Source: a virus
DNA: 64,000 nucleotides
Virus record (IMG/VR): IMGVR_UViG_3300037201_000018
Location: 30,384 to 94,383 of that record
Reading direction: 5' to 3' (one strand)
Both the position numbers and the translations under genes were made by a program. This document shows, piece by piece, positions 26,517-35,207 of this stretch. The first letter of the stretch is position 1. Each line of letters opens with the position of its first letter. Below the pieces are notes generated by a model, which was not told where the DNA came from, ran no database searches, and worked only from the letters and a program-made list of their open reading frames with translations.

Positions 26517-28120
26517 AGGCAATACTTGTTGCCGTTAATTTCCTTGATATCCTGTCAATCACGCTTCCTTACAATCGACATCACTTCGACGAGGTCTGGA
26601 TCGTCACGAACCAACTGGAAGTCAGCAGTCCCAAGATGATGCAGTTAGCTGCGGACAACCGAGCGACGCTGTTCGGGACCGACGCCTTCTACGAGGATCA
26701 TGCCGTTTTCAATAAATTCAAGGCGCTGGAGCAGGGACTCGACGCGATGGGAAGAGACGGTTGGTTATGTGTAGCACCCTGGGTCCCCGTAGAAGCTCCA
26801 TTCGTTAAAGGCGCATCGAGAAAATGGTACGTCGGAAATCTGATCACGATCAGGACCGTCAGTGGCCGGTCAGTGTCCGTGACACCTGATCACAACTTGT
26901 TTACCTCTCGCGGTTGGGTTCCAGCGAAATCGATTCGCAAAGGAGACAATCTCTTTCAGGTCAGCAGTCCCGATTGTCTTGGGGCACCAGACGTACACCA
27001 GCGTCCACCCGAGATTGGTCAAATAGTCGATGCGGCGTTTGAGAGATCCGCGATGAAGAAGGTGGGGTCCGTGAGGATTCGTATGGATCTCAAACCCCAA
27101 TTTCTTGACGACGATCGCGACGTCGATGTTATACCGTCTGACAGCGAATTGTCTGTCGACCTTGAACCGCTTCGACAGTGTGTCAGCGACGTCGCCTTCG
27201 TAGCGTCCGATGCAGACCTGGTTTGCGTGTCTAGTCTTAGCGATCTTCGACGAGACCTTCGCGGGACGCGCTACGCCGGTACGCACAGCCCTCATCGCAG
27301 CGACCCGCTTAGCGACGGCCGCCGGAGAATCGTGAGTCGCCCTAACTTTACCGGCTTGGCTATGACTCCGTTGTATTATTCCAGACAGTCTGAGTTGCCT
27401 ACTGATAACCTTGTCACTTGTATCAAAAACAGCGGCGATAGTTCTCAAGCTATCGCCGGCCTCATAACGCCTGACGACGTAGTCTCTATCGATGCCATCC
27501 CGTGGTCTGGTCATGTCTATGATCTCTCTACGGTTCAAGGTTGGTTCCTAGCAGATGGACTTATTATACACAATTGCATCATGGACGCCGACGTCCTCTG
27601 GCCTAAAGACATTGGCGGAGTGATGATCGAGAACAGTTCCAACAGGAACTTGATCCTATCAGATTGTGGTTGCTCATTTACGTTTGGCTATCTTTACACT
27701 CCCAAGCGGCGGATGTTCACCAATCTCACGAAGCCAATTCCGCCGGAGTCCGAGTGGAAGGACTACCCCTACCATCACTACTTGGCTGAGTGGAGTGGCT
27801 ACACCCAGATATTCCACGGCAGCGACCCAGTCCTTCCGAATCCGCCTTGGCATGACACTTCGTGGTTACATGCTGGCGGCGGCGACAGCGGATTTCAGAG
27901 TCTGTGGCCACCAGACAAAAAGCTCCGTACACCCTTTGAATGCTTGCACTTGGGCGACTCGCTTAACTGGACAGGGAGAGTGACGAAATACGTCGACGGG
28001 TCTACTCCGCCGGGGGCCGAAGCAAACCGCCAGAAGCTGGTGAGGTTCCTGCACGAGCGAAGTCTGAAGGGCAGCAGGTCAGATCGCTACGACCACGAGA
28101 AGATACAAAGGACTGAGTGA
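26513..28120 (+). CDS. GT-A glycosyltransferase containing an intein
   Basis: Removing 26768-27574 restores GWL-CIMDADVLWP (DxD motif). FNK..A, GYTQIFH and GGGD..F are GT-like motifs. Confidence 0.8.
   Translation: MKAILVAVNFLDILSITLPYNRHHFDEVWIVTNQLEVSSPKMMQLAADNRATLFGTDAFYEDHAVFNKFKALEQGLDAMGRDGWLCVAPWVPVEAPFVKGASRKWYVGNLITIRTVSGRSVSVTPDHNLFTSRGWVPAKSIRKGDNLFQVSSPDCLGAPDVHQRPPEIGQIVDAAFERSAMKKVGSVRIRMDLKPQFLDDDRDVDVIPSDSELSVDLEPLRQCVSDVAFVASDADLVCVSSLSDLRRDLRGTRYAGTHSPHRSDPLSDGRRRIVSRPNFTGLAMTPLYYSRQSELPTDNLVTCIKNSGDSSQAIAGLITPDDVVSIDAIPWSGHVYDLSTVQGWFLADGLIIHNCIMDADVLWPKDIGGVMIENSSNRNLILSDCGCSFTFGYLYTPKRRMFTNLTKPIPPESEWKDYPYHHYLAEWSGYTQIFHGSDPVLPNPPWHDTSWLHAGGGDSGFQSLWPPDKKLRTPFECLHLGDSLNWTGRVTKYVDGSTPPGAEANRQKLVRFLHERSLKGSRSDRYDHEKIQRTE
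26768..27574 (+). mobile_element. intein (269 aa, Cys1...His-Asn, +1 Cys) with no sense-strand endonuclease motif
   Basis: Block A CVAPWVPV; block B SVTPDHNLFTSRGW; block F GHVYDLSTVQGWFLADG; block G IIHN/C. Confidence 0.9.
26870..27514 (-). CDS. antisense intein-embedded endonuclease (HTH + DUF559/Vsr-like PD-(D/E)XK domain)
   Basis: HTH RRYEAGDSLRTIAAVFDTSDKVISRQL. Nuclease E...L...RQFAVRRYNIDVA...KLGFEI...RRIDYLTNLGWTLVYVW. Minus-strand TATAAT at 27563-27568. Confidence 0.75.
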   Translation of the reverse strand: MTRPRDGIDRDYVVRRYEAGDSLRTIAAVFDTSDKVISRQLRLSGIIQRSHSQAGKVRATHDSPAAVAKRVAAMRAVRTGVARPAKVSSKIAKTRHANQVCIGRYEGDVADTLSKRFKVDRQFAVRRYNIDVAIVVKKLGFEIHTNPHGPHLLHRGSLKRRIDYLTNLGWTLVYVWCPKTIGTADLKEIVSFANRFRWNPTARGKQVVIRCHGH

Positions 28121-28326
28121 TGAGTAAGGGGATAGCAGACGCTACGGCGATGGAGAATGGAGTCGAGATCTTTCGCAAGGCCGCTGATGGAGTCCCGCCG
28201 TTCTCCCCAGAGCACAAGGAACTGGATCGAGAGACTTGCCTGAGGATGATCAACGGGGACGTAGCGGAGATCGGTCGAATAGACCAGCTCATCGCCAGCC
28301 ACGAGGAAGCCGAGCGGGGCAAGTAA
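28117..28326 (+). CDS. hypothetical protein
   Basis: Last ORF of the + strand operon. Confidence 0.45.
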   Translation: MMSKGIADATAMENGVEIFRKAADGVPPFSPEHKELDRETCLRMINGDVAEIGRIDQLIASHEEAERGK

Positions 28327-28505
28327 ACTAAACAGAACGACCGTTGCAGACTGGGATCGCACGCCGTAGGAGTCGAGGTGTGTAATCTGGAAGGCGACAA
28401 GCGTCTAGAGACCGTCAAGGATGAAGTCCGGGCGGTTACGTCTGACCGTCGTTCCGTTTTAACTAAAAGAGCCGCCGGCACCACGGCCAGAGAGCGGGCC
28501 GCAAA

Positions 28506-28691
28506 TCAGGACTGCTTTGAGTGAGGCCGGCCTGGCCTCGTCGGAAGGTCCCGCTTGCCCTTGCCTATGCGGCGCCGGATGCACTCGCGGAAAAACTGCG
28601 AATAATCCATGTCTCCGCGGGCCGCGTTGATGGATGCGATCCAGTCGTCGGGCAGGCGGAGGAGGAAGTCGGTGTAGCCGGGGCGTCTCAT
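28506..28691 (-). CDS. putative ribbon-helix-helix DNA-binding protein
   Basis: FLLRLPDDW...INAARG..YSQFFRECI pattern; basic tail RPGRP. Confidence 0.5.
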   Translation of the reverse strand: MRRPGYTDFLLRLPDDWIASINAARGDMDYSQFFRECIRRRIGKGKRDLPTRPGRPHSKQS

Positions 28692-28716
28692 GAGTCACCT
28701 ATGTCACCGACGACAA

Positions 28717-29040
28717 TCAGATGATGAAGCTCAGCGTAGCGCATGGAGCGTGAGTGTGGATCGTTCTCTTCTCTCCGTGACGAGAGCTGTTATAGACCTC
28801 GATCTGAAATTCACGACCATCAAATGCAGCCCAGTCGCGCTCTACATCGGTCTTGACCTGGGCTGCGATGTCGGCGGCAGAGGCGCCCACCTCATGCTCC
28901 ATATAGTCGAATTTCAACGAGCCTATCGTTGTCCACGTCGGATACAGTGGCGAGTGACGAAAAAATACTCCCACCGCCGTGCAATGTCGCCCAGACTCGG
29001 TCCTCACGGCGTCGCCAAGTTTTACAGTTGTAGTCATCAT
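28717..29040 (-). CDS. hypothetical protein
   Basis: ATG with AAGGG RBS, downstream of the minus-strand promoter. Confidence 0.5.
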   Translation of the reverse strand: MMTTTVKLGDAVRTESGRHCTAVGVFFRHSPLYPTWTTIGSLKFDYMEHEVGASAADIAAQVKTDVERDWAAFDGREFQIEVYNSSRHGEKRTIHTHAPCATLSFII

Positions 29041-29146
29041 CGTTTCACCCTTTTCTCTTGCGGTTTCTTGTGGCACACGCGGAGAAATAACGGACGGCCT
29101 CAATCAGCGTCTGCGGGATTGTGTCGGTCATTGCGATCTCCTCTCA

Positions 29147-29425
29147 TTAGTCACGGTATCGAGAGATGCGCGTCGCCTCGACGGCGTCACGGACTTCGTC
29201 TGTCCACGCCTCGATGACTGTCTCCTCGGCCTCTCTGCACGCACGCACGGACAGCTCGTCAGATTGCTCAGCGCACTCGGCCAGCGTCGTCTCCAGGCAT
29301 TGCATCGCGGCGAGCAAATCGGCGTCATCGGTGAGGCCCGATTCGATCGCCTTGCGAATTGTGTTGATCGTGGTGTCTTCGGCGCTCTCGTAATTGCAGT
29401 TCGCGATGATTGGGTAGGTCGTCAT
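29147..29425 (-). CDS. hypothetical acidic protein
   Basis: GAGGA RBS before ATG 29425; directly downstream of a sigma70 promoter. Confidence 0.55.
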   Translation of the reverse strand: MTTYPIIANCNYESAEDTTINTIRKAIESGLTDDADLLAAMQCLETTLAECAEQSDELSVRACREAEETVIEAWTDEVRDAVEATRISRYRD

Positions 29426-29489
29426 GTTTTCCTCTTGGCTTGTGGCAGCCTTCGTTTTTCCCTTTCCCGTTGTTTCCTTCACTGGCCTA

Positions 29490-29518
29490 ATTGTATAGCC
29501 ATTTTCGTTCGGCGACAA
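29490..29518 (-). promoter_or_regulatory. sigma70-type promoter
   Basis: TTGTCG-N17-TACAAT on the minus strand. Confidence 0.6.
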
Positions 29519-29585
29519 GCCAGGAAACGAAGAAAAACGACAGAATTCCAAAATAATTGGCTAGCCGTTACGTAGATTACCCAAA

Positions 29586-29963
29586 CTACCGAGCCACCGC
29601 CGGAGATTTGCGAAGGCTCTCAACTGCTGCCGTGGCGAGCGCTTCGTAGCTCGGATACTTTACGCACCACGACTGATAATCGGCACGCGGTTCCGTGTCC
29701 GGCAGATCCACGTCGGCCGTCACGGTGATAAACAGCTTCATCATGCGGCCAAACACGTAATCGCCGTAGGGATGTCCGGGGCGATCAAAGCTCATTGGAT
29801 AATCACCCTGCCCTCGAACGTTGTTCCAGACCATCTCTTCGGTCACGCTTCTGCGCTCCTGAAGCACTCCCATGCCCGATGCACGGCCGCAGGCTTCGTA
29901 AGCGAGGAAGAAAATCCGTTTGGCCAATTGCTCACCACTAAAACCTTCCACTTTGAACTTCAT
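29586..29963 (-). CDS. hypothetical phage protein (DYVFGRMMKL motif)
   Basis: GGAG RBS; coherent ORF. Confidence 0.55.
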   Translation of the reverse strand: MKFKVEGFSGEQLAKRIFFLAYEACGRASGMGVLQERRSVTEEMVWNNVRGQGDYPMSFDRPGHPYGDYVFGRMMKLFITVTADVDLPDTEPRADYQSWCVKYPSYEALATAAVESLRKSPAVAR

Positions 29964-29998
29964 AACTTTCTCCAGTTTTGAAAAGTCACCACTGAACG

Positions 29999-30274
29999 CT
30001 ACCCTACCTTAGTGCGCTTACGATCTAGGTCGGCTCGGTCAAGAGCCGCTTCCCAAGCAACTGGATTCTTGTAGCTCTGATCGTCGCGTAGAGATAATTC
30101 CTCATCTTCGTATTCATCCTCGTCGTCGTCTTGGTAGTCATCAGGGTCGTCTGGACCTTCGTCCTCCTCGTCAACCAAGCCCAACTCATCGACAACGTGA
30201 CCCGTCGTGTCCTCGTGCTTGTTCGCTTCAAGGCCGTCGTTTGTCGTAAAGTTGCAGTGTCCGCAGGTGTACAT
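29999..30274 (-). CDS. acidic protein with N-terminal C2H2-like Zn motif
   Basis: CGHC...KHEDTTGH followed by an Asp/Glu tract. Confidence 0.5.
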   Translation of the reverse strand: MYTCGHCNFTTNDGLEANKHEDTTGHVVDELGLVDEEDEGPDDPDDYQDDDEDEYEDEELSLRDDQSYKNPVAWEAALDRADLDRKRTKVG

Positions 30275-30501
30275 CAGCCGTCTCCCATCATAACACATTC
30301 CAGTGGAATCTGATACAGCTTGTCCTTGTCGAACGTATCTAACCTGACGATCGCGTCGGTCGAGATCGTGTCCAGCTCGCTTTTACCTAATATGGTTCTG
30401 GTCGTAACGCCGGCCGCCGCTGGGACGAATGCGATTAGCGTCGCTTCGATCGGACTCCGCCAGTCCTTGTTCAACCTGACGACGCATTTGAGATTGAGCA
30501 T
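30274..30501 (-). CDS. hypothetical protein
   Basis: Coupled start/stop with neighbours. Confidence 0.5.
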   Translation of the reverse strand: MLNLKCVVRLNKDWRSPIEATLIAFVPAAAGVTTRTILGKSELDTISTDAIVRLDTFDKDKLYQIPLECVMMGDG

Positions 30502-30731
30502 CAGTTCTTTCCTTTACTGGCTGATCTGTAGACGTGAAAAGAGTCAGACGTCTGCCCCTCCTTTCTCGGTCTCACGGAGACTACTTCGTTGTTCGTGAAC
30601 GCCGTTACCCAGCAGTAGTGCTTCCCGTGCTTGTGCTCGCTGATCCTCCCCTGCTTGACGACGTTGGAGACTCTCTGGATCGCAGTCTCCTCGTCGATCT
30701 CCGGTCCGAACGTGATGATGATCCTCTTCAT
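30501..30731 (-). CDS. hypothetical protein
   Basis: AGGAGG RBS before ATG 30731. Confidence 0.55.
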   Translation of the reverse strand: MKRIIITFGPEIDEETAIQRVSNVVKQGRISEHKHGKHYCWVTAFTNNEVVSVRPRKEGQTSDSFHVYRSASKGKN

Positions 30732-30814
30732 GGTTCCTCCTTGGTTAGAAGATGCTGGGCTTGACCTACCTAGCATGAGAAGCCGTCCGAGATGAGTTTG
30801 GCGGCTCCAAGGTT

Positions 30815-31039
30815 TCAGACTCGGTAATTCCCACACGACTGACTGAGGTAAACTACGTAGCCATCTTGGTCTTGGAATTCCGTTCGACAGGTAATGTCGT
30901 CAGATTCGTGTTGGGGAGACAAAACCGAGTAGGCGGTAATCGTCTTGTCGCCGTTCGTCCAGTTGAGACGATCCCAATCATATCGCCACTCCCCAGGGAA
31001 CATCTTACGGAGTTGGTCAATTACTCGCTTACGAGGCAT
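30815..31039 (-). CDS. hypothetical protein
   Basis: Packed ORF. Confidence 0.45.
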   Translation of the reverse strand: MPRKRVIDQLRKMFPGEWRYDWDRLNWTNGDKTITAYSVLSPQHESDDITCRTEFQDQDGYVVYLSQSCGNYRV

Positions 31040-31042
31040 AGA

Positions 31043-31321
31043 CTAAGCTTCCTGACTTGGTTCCTGAATCATGTCGTGACCGAACGTCCTAAAGAACTCG
31101 TCCCTGATCTGCTTCTCGATGTAGCGGAGATCATCTAGAGATAAGCTCAAATCTGCCGAGTCTCTACCTGATCTTATAAGTTGTAACATCAGACCTAGAT
31201 CTTGAGCTAAGTTAGCAACAACCAGAGGGAATTTGGCGACTGCCCCTAGTCGGTTCAGCTCGCTCATCGCGAGGATCTCTTGGGTCTTCGCCCCTTCCAG
31301 CTTCTTGCGATCAACTGACAT
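31043..31321 (-). CDS. hypothetical protein
   Basis: Packed ORF downstream of the helicase. Confidence 0.5.
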   Translation of the reverse strand: MSVDRKKLEGAKTQEILAMSELNRLGAVAKFPLVVANLAQDLGLMLQLIRSGRDSADLSLSLDDLRYIEKQIRDEFFRTFGHDMIQEPSQEA

Positions 31322-33059
31322 AGATAAGCTCCTCGATCGCCCTCGTTATGGCGATGTAGCGACAATTCCATTCTTGCTCGACCTGCCACTTGCTCTTGGC
31401 CATCGGATGTGGAACGGTCGCCCCTTCCGGTTCAAGTAAGAAAACTCTCTTGTTTTCGAGGCCCTTCGCTTTGTGAATCGACGACAGTCTAATCCCGGTT
31501 CCGTTCTTGTCGTCGGTGAACACGCTCTCGATCTTCGCGACGACTCCCGCAACCGTCGTCTGGTCTTCACAGAATGCAATTAAGCAGTCGTGACGATCTT
31601 GCAGGGCGATCAGTCGGGTGTCGGACGGGTTGCGCTTCGAGTTCTCCTTCGTCTGTTCCTTGTGAAGCCAGTCCTCCAATTTGACGAGCAGTTGCGAGAC
31701 GTCGTCACACTTCATCTTGTTGATCGTGCTGATGAGCCCCTGTCCGACGTCTCTGCCTTGAATTACGGCTTTTCGTCCAGCCTTGAGGAACTTGAAACAC
31801 TGCGAGACGAGAGGTGCGTTACAGCGACAGAGGATCATGTCTCCGTCTTGGACGTAACCGCGGTAGTTACTTTGAGCAGCCCCGTCCTTCGCTTCCTTCT
31901 CGTCATCCTTGTACTTGAGTCCGTGACGAATCGCCCCGTCGCAGTTTGACTCGTGCGCCTCGAAGTCAGGCACGATCCTCTGAGCTTCCTTGACGATCGC
32001 CTTCCCGCACCTCCGAGTGACGGTGAGCGGGAGAGTGACGCAACCTCGAACTGAAACTGGCGGGTCTATTTTTTGAGCAGCGTAGATGGCTTGAAGCACA
32101 GATCGACTACGCGGTACACCGAAGCACTCACTGAGTTCTTCCGCCATCCGCTTCATGCTCTCGGAGTCGGCTCCTGCGAAACCGTAGATCGCCTGCTTCG
32201 GGTCTCCACATAGGATGAGACGCCTTCCCGACATCTTCGCGAGGGCTTGTTGAACTTTTGAAAGGTCCTGGCACTCATCACAAAGCAATACGTCGTACTT
32301 CTGGACGTTCAAGCCGAGAGCGACCGGAATCCACACCATGTCGTTGAAGTCCACGCAGTTATCGCGAGCGACGTCCTTGCACCGTTCGAGGACTCGCGGA
32401 ACCAGCGAAAAGACCTCTTCCTGCGAGCTGTTCAGGTCGACGTCGTAGTACGAAGCCAAATCCCGAAGAGTCTCATTCCAGTCTGGATCTCCGGGTTTCA
32501 TCGAGTTACCACAAGGATCGAGGTGAGAGAGGTTCATCTTGCAGAGACCGACCAGCTCCTCCGTCGCCTTGACGAGGACCGGCTTGGTACGTCGGAGTTC
32601 GCGGATGTCGCGTTCGAGCAGCTCGGAGACGACGTCCTGCACGCGGTAGCTGTTTACCTTGACGTTGCCGAACGCCCGCTTGACTGAGGAGAAGCCCAGG
32701 CTGTGCATCGTCATCGCGTCACAGCCTGCGGGGACTCGCCGCTTCAACTCCTCAGCTATGCTCTTGTTGAATGCCACGAAACCAACAGTCTGTGCTTTCC
32801 CCTTCGACAGGCAGACGGCGTCGAAGATCGCCTGCTGCTGCGGGGAGGGGACGATGTCCGAGGGGAGACCCTTCAGCAACTTGAGGGACTCAATGAGAGT
32901 TGTCGTCTTGCCAGTCCCCGCTCTCGCCTCAATGATCAGGTGGGGGGTGGTGTCCGCGCCGGTATCTCGCTTCGTCTTTAGCCGGTCCGCGAGAGTTTTC
33001 CGCCCGTCTTCCCGTACCACCTGATCCTGTGCTTTTTCCTCAACGCGATCAGTAACCAT
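31311..33059 (-). CDS. UvrD/Rep-like superfamily 1 helicase
   Basis: ARAGTGKTTT, AFNK, DECQD, GDPKQAIYGF.GA, SIHKAKGLE and YIAITRA motifs. Confidence 0.92.
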   Translation of the reverse strand: MVTDRVEEKAQDQVVREDGRKTLADRLKTKRDTGADTTPHLIIEARAGTGKTTTLIESLKLLKGLPSDIVPSPQQQAIFDAVCLSKGKAQTVGFVAFNKSIAEELKRRVPAGCDAMTMHSLGFSSVKRAFGNVKVNSYRVQDVVSELLERDIRELRRTKPVLVKATEELVGLCKMNLSHLDPCGNSMKPGDPDWNETLRDLASYYDVDLNSSQEEVFSLVPRVLERCKDVARDNCVDFNDMVWIPVALGLNVQKYDVLLCDECQDLSKVQQALAKMSGRRLILCGDPKQAIYGFAGADSESMKRMAEELSECFGVPRSRSVLQAIYAAQKIDPPVSVRGCVTLPLTVTRRCGKAIVKEAQRIVPDFEAHESNCDGAIRHGLKYKDDEKEAKDGAAQSNYRGYVQDGDMILCRCNAPLVSQCFKFLKAGRKAVIQGRDVGQGLISTINKMKCDDVSQLLVKLEDWLHKEQTKENSKRNPSDTRLIALQDRHDCLIAFCEDQTTVAGVVAKIESVFTDDKNGTGIRLSSIHKAKGLENKRVFLLEPEGATVPHPMAKSKWQVEQEWNCRYIAITRAIEELIYVS

Positions 33060-33192
33060 CGCTCTTCTCCCGCTTCTGTTTGGCTCGGGTCATGTCGTCG
33101 CTGATCTGCTTCCGCATCGTTCGCGTCTTGTCGACTGCCTTCTTCGCGTTCGTCTGCGATCTCGTCGGCTTCTTAGTCTTCTTCGGGTGCAT
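33049..33192 (-). CDS. small basic protein (47 aa, not in ORF track)
   Basis: AGGAG RBS; MHPKKTKKPTRSQ... Confidence 0.45.
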   Translation of the reverse strand: MHPKKTKKPTRSQTNAKKAVDKTRTMRKQISDDMTRAKQKREKSDGY

Positions 33193-33413
33193 CGCGTCGC
33201 TCCTGTTCCTGAGTCAACTAAGTAATAGGACCAAATTCACTTGGCGTTGCAAGCCGTAAGTTGCCTTATGATATTCTTTATCCTCTTCTCGTGAAGTTTC
33301 CAGTGACGCTTTTGCTTATGCAGGTCGTCAATGCTCTCGGGAAAGGATTGAACTTTCTGGTTCTATTAGCCTGGATTTTTGGGGATAATTACAAGCCATT
33401 ACAGACCAACGAC

Positions 33414-34907
33414 TTACGGCTCTTCCGAGCGGAGGTTGGCTGCGGGAACCTCCCAGATTTTGCCGTTGGCCGCCTTCACTTTGGCGACCTCAGCCCCAAC
33501 TTTGCCGTAGACCTCAACTAACACACCTTGCCAGTTATCCCCATCCTCGTCGAGGACCCAAACGACGTCCTTCGGTTGGGGGTCGAACTTCGGGGCCTTC
33601 CCCTTACCGTTTTTCTTCGGCGGTTTACTGACTTCTTGGTCTTCGTCAGCTCTCATCTCCTGATCTGAATCGGCATCTGGATCGTCGCCCACGTCTTCAG
33701 TCGAGTCGGGTTCTTCATGTTCTTGCGGCTTGCCGATGTCGATCCCGCCGACCGTGGGGCACTCGACGAGCACCTTCTTGCCGTCCTTCTCGCCGAACTC
33801 GGGCTCGATTGCGTCGTAGGTGATCCGCTTGCCGTGAGCGACACACAGCCACGATTTAACAATGAGCAGGATCATGACCTCTCGGGTCACCCTGCCGTCG
33901 GACGAGTCGTGACCTAGCTTGCTGATCGCCGCGTCCAGCGCAGCCATCTCCTTCCCGCCCTTCGCGAGCTTGACCCAGAAGTCGCAAGCCTCGTCCCACA
34001 GGCTGAAGTCGAGGTGGCTCTCGCTCTTGGTCTCCTCGGTTCGGTACTTCGTCGGCTCGGTCTTGCCCTGGCCCATGAGGTAGAGCATCCCGGCAGCGTA
34101 ACCCGCGGGAAGGTACTTGCCGATCTTGCCGTCGCCGTCCTCCTCGAACATGTGCTTCGTTGCATCGACAAGGTGATGATGGTGATGAACGAAGTCGAAC
34201 AGCTCGGCGTGACTCGGTCGAGGGGCGAAGGCGTTGATCTTCATCCCCGTCCGGTGCCAGACGACCTTGACTGCGCACTCAAGTATCCTGGAGAGTCTTC
34301 CCCTGTCTCCCTTGTTGGAACCCTCGAAGACCCCCGACCGGAAGACCGCGTCGGCGAACGACCTTCGCCTGCCGGTGTTGATCGTATTCACTGTTAGGTC
34401 ACTCTCATCAATTCCTAAAACAACGATACATTCGAGAGTCGGCTGAGTCTCCCACTTGTACCACTTCTCTTTGTCTCGTTCCCAAGCCTGAACCGCTAGA
34501 ATGAGAGCAACTCCTCGGTGTTGGAAGTCGATCGTTTCTCCGGTCCTACCAATAATGATCGTTTCTCCGTTCAACTTCCAGTTCTTGTTCAGGATCTCGT
34601 ACTGCAACGTCCTTGCGTTACCAGGATCGTACATCCGGTTCTTCGTGTTGTTGTGTAACCGTACCTTGTGCCCATACTCGTCCGTAAGTACGTAATCAGG
34701 CCCGAACTTGACCTTGTCGGTCTCCTCTTCCCAGCCAAGCAACTTCTTGGCCTTGGACGCGGTCAGCGCCTTCTCGCCAACACAAGTCCAGACCTGGATC
34801 GCTGGATAGAGAACCTCTCGCTCGGCGGACTCGACCTTCCCATTGGCTTCGACGGGAGAGGCTTTGGGAGTCGGCTTCTTCGTGGGGGCTTTCGGCATCG
34901 CAAACAT
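33414..34907 (-). CDS. ParB/DGQHR-like nuclease-fold protein with acidic linker and C-terminal SH3-like domain
   Basis: N.KNR...W.LNGETII......IDFQHR..A motif; NTG.RRS..D. Confidence 0.6.
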   Translation of the reverse strand: MFAMPKAPTKKPTPKASPVEANGKVESAEREVLYPAIQVWTCVGEKALTASKAKKLLGWEEETDKVKFGPDYVLTDEYGHKVRLHNNTKNRMYDPGNARTLQYEILNKNWKLNGETIIIGRTGETIDFQHRGVALILAVQAWERDKEKWYKWETQPTLECIVVLGIDESDLTVNTINTGRRRSFADAVFRSGVFEGSNKGDRGRLSRILECAVKVVWHRTGMKINAFAPRPSHAELFDFVHHHHHLVDATKHMFEEDGDGKIGKYLPAGYAAGMLYLMGQGKTEPTKYRTEETKSESHLDFSLWDEACDFWVKLAKGGKEMAALDAAISKLGHDSSDGRVTREVMILLIVKSWLCVAHGKRITYDAIEPEFGEKDGKKVLVECPTVGGIDIGKPQEHEEPDSTEDVGDDPDADSDQEMRADEDQEVSKPPKKNGKGKAPKFDPQPKDVVWVLDEDGDNWQGVLVEVYGKVGAEVAKVKAANGKIWEVPAANLRSEEP

Positions 34908-34938
34908 CCTTGAAGTTAGGGAAATGGAATAACTAAAA

Positions 34939-35178
34939 TCAAATCTTCTTTTTCGGTCTACCGGGGCCTGAAAATTTTGGAAACTTCTTGATTGTCCTCG
35001 TTACTTTAAGTCCTAAAGTTGCCGCTATCTTGTCAAGACACGCACTTCGCAATCCACGCTCACCGGCCTTAAAATGGCAAAGAGTTGCCTGCGAAACTCC
35101 CGAGAGTTTTCCAAGGCGATACATAGAAAGTCCGCTCTCTTTGATTTCATGCCTAACCTGCGAGCTAAGTAACTCCAT
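34939..35178 (-). CDS. XRE-family HTH transcriptional regulator
   Basis: SGLSMYRLGKLSGVSQATLCHF..GERGL....LDKIA..LGL. Confidence 0.8.
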   Translation of the reverse strand: MELLSSQVRHEIKESGLSMYRLGKLSGVSQATLCHFKAGERGLRSACLDKIAATLGLKVTRTIKKFPKFSGPGRPKKKI

Positions 35179-35207
35179 ACGATACTCCTCAAAATTTTAG
35201 TTATGAA

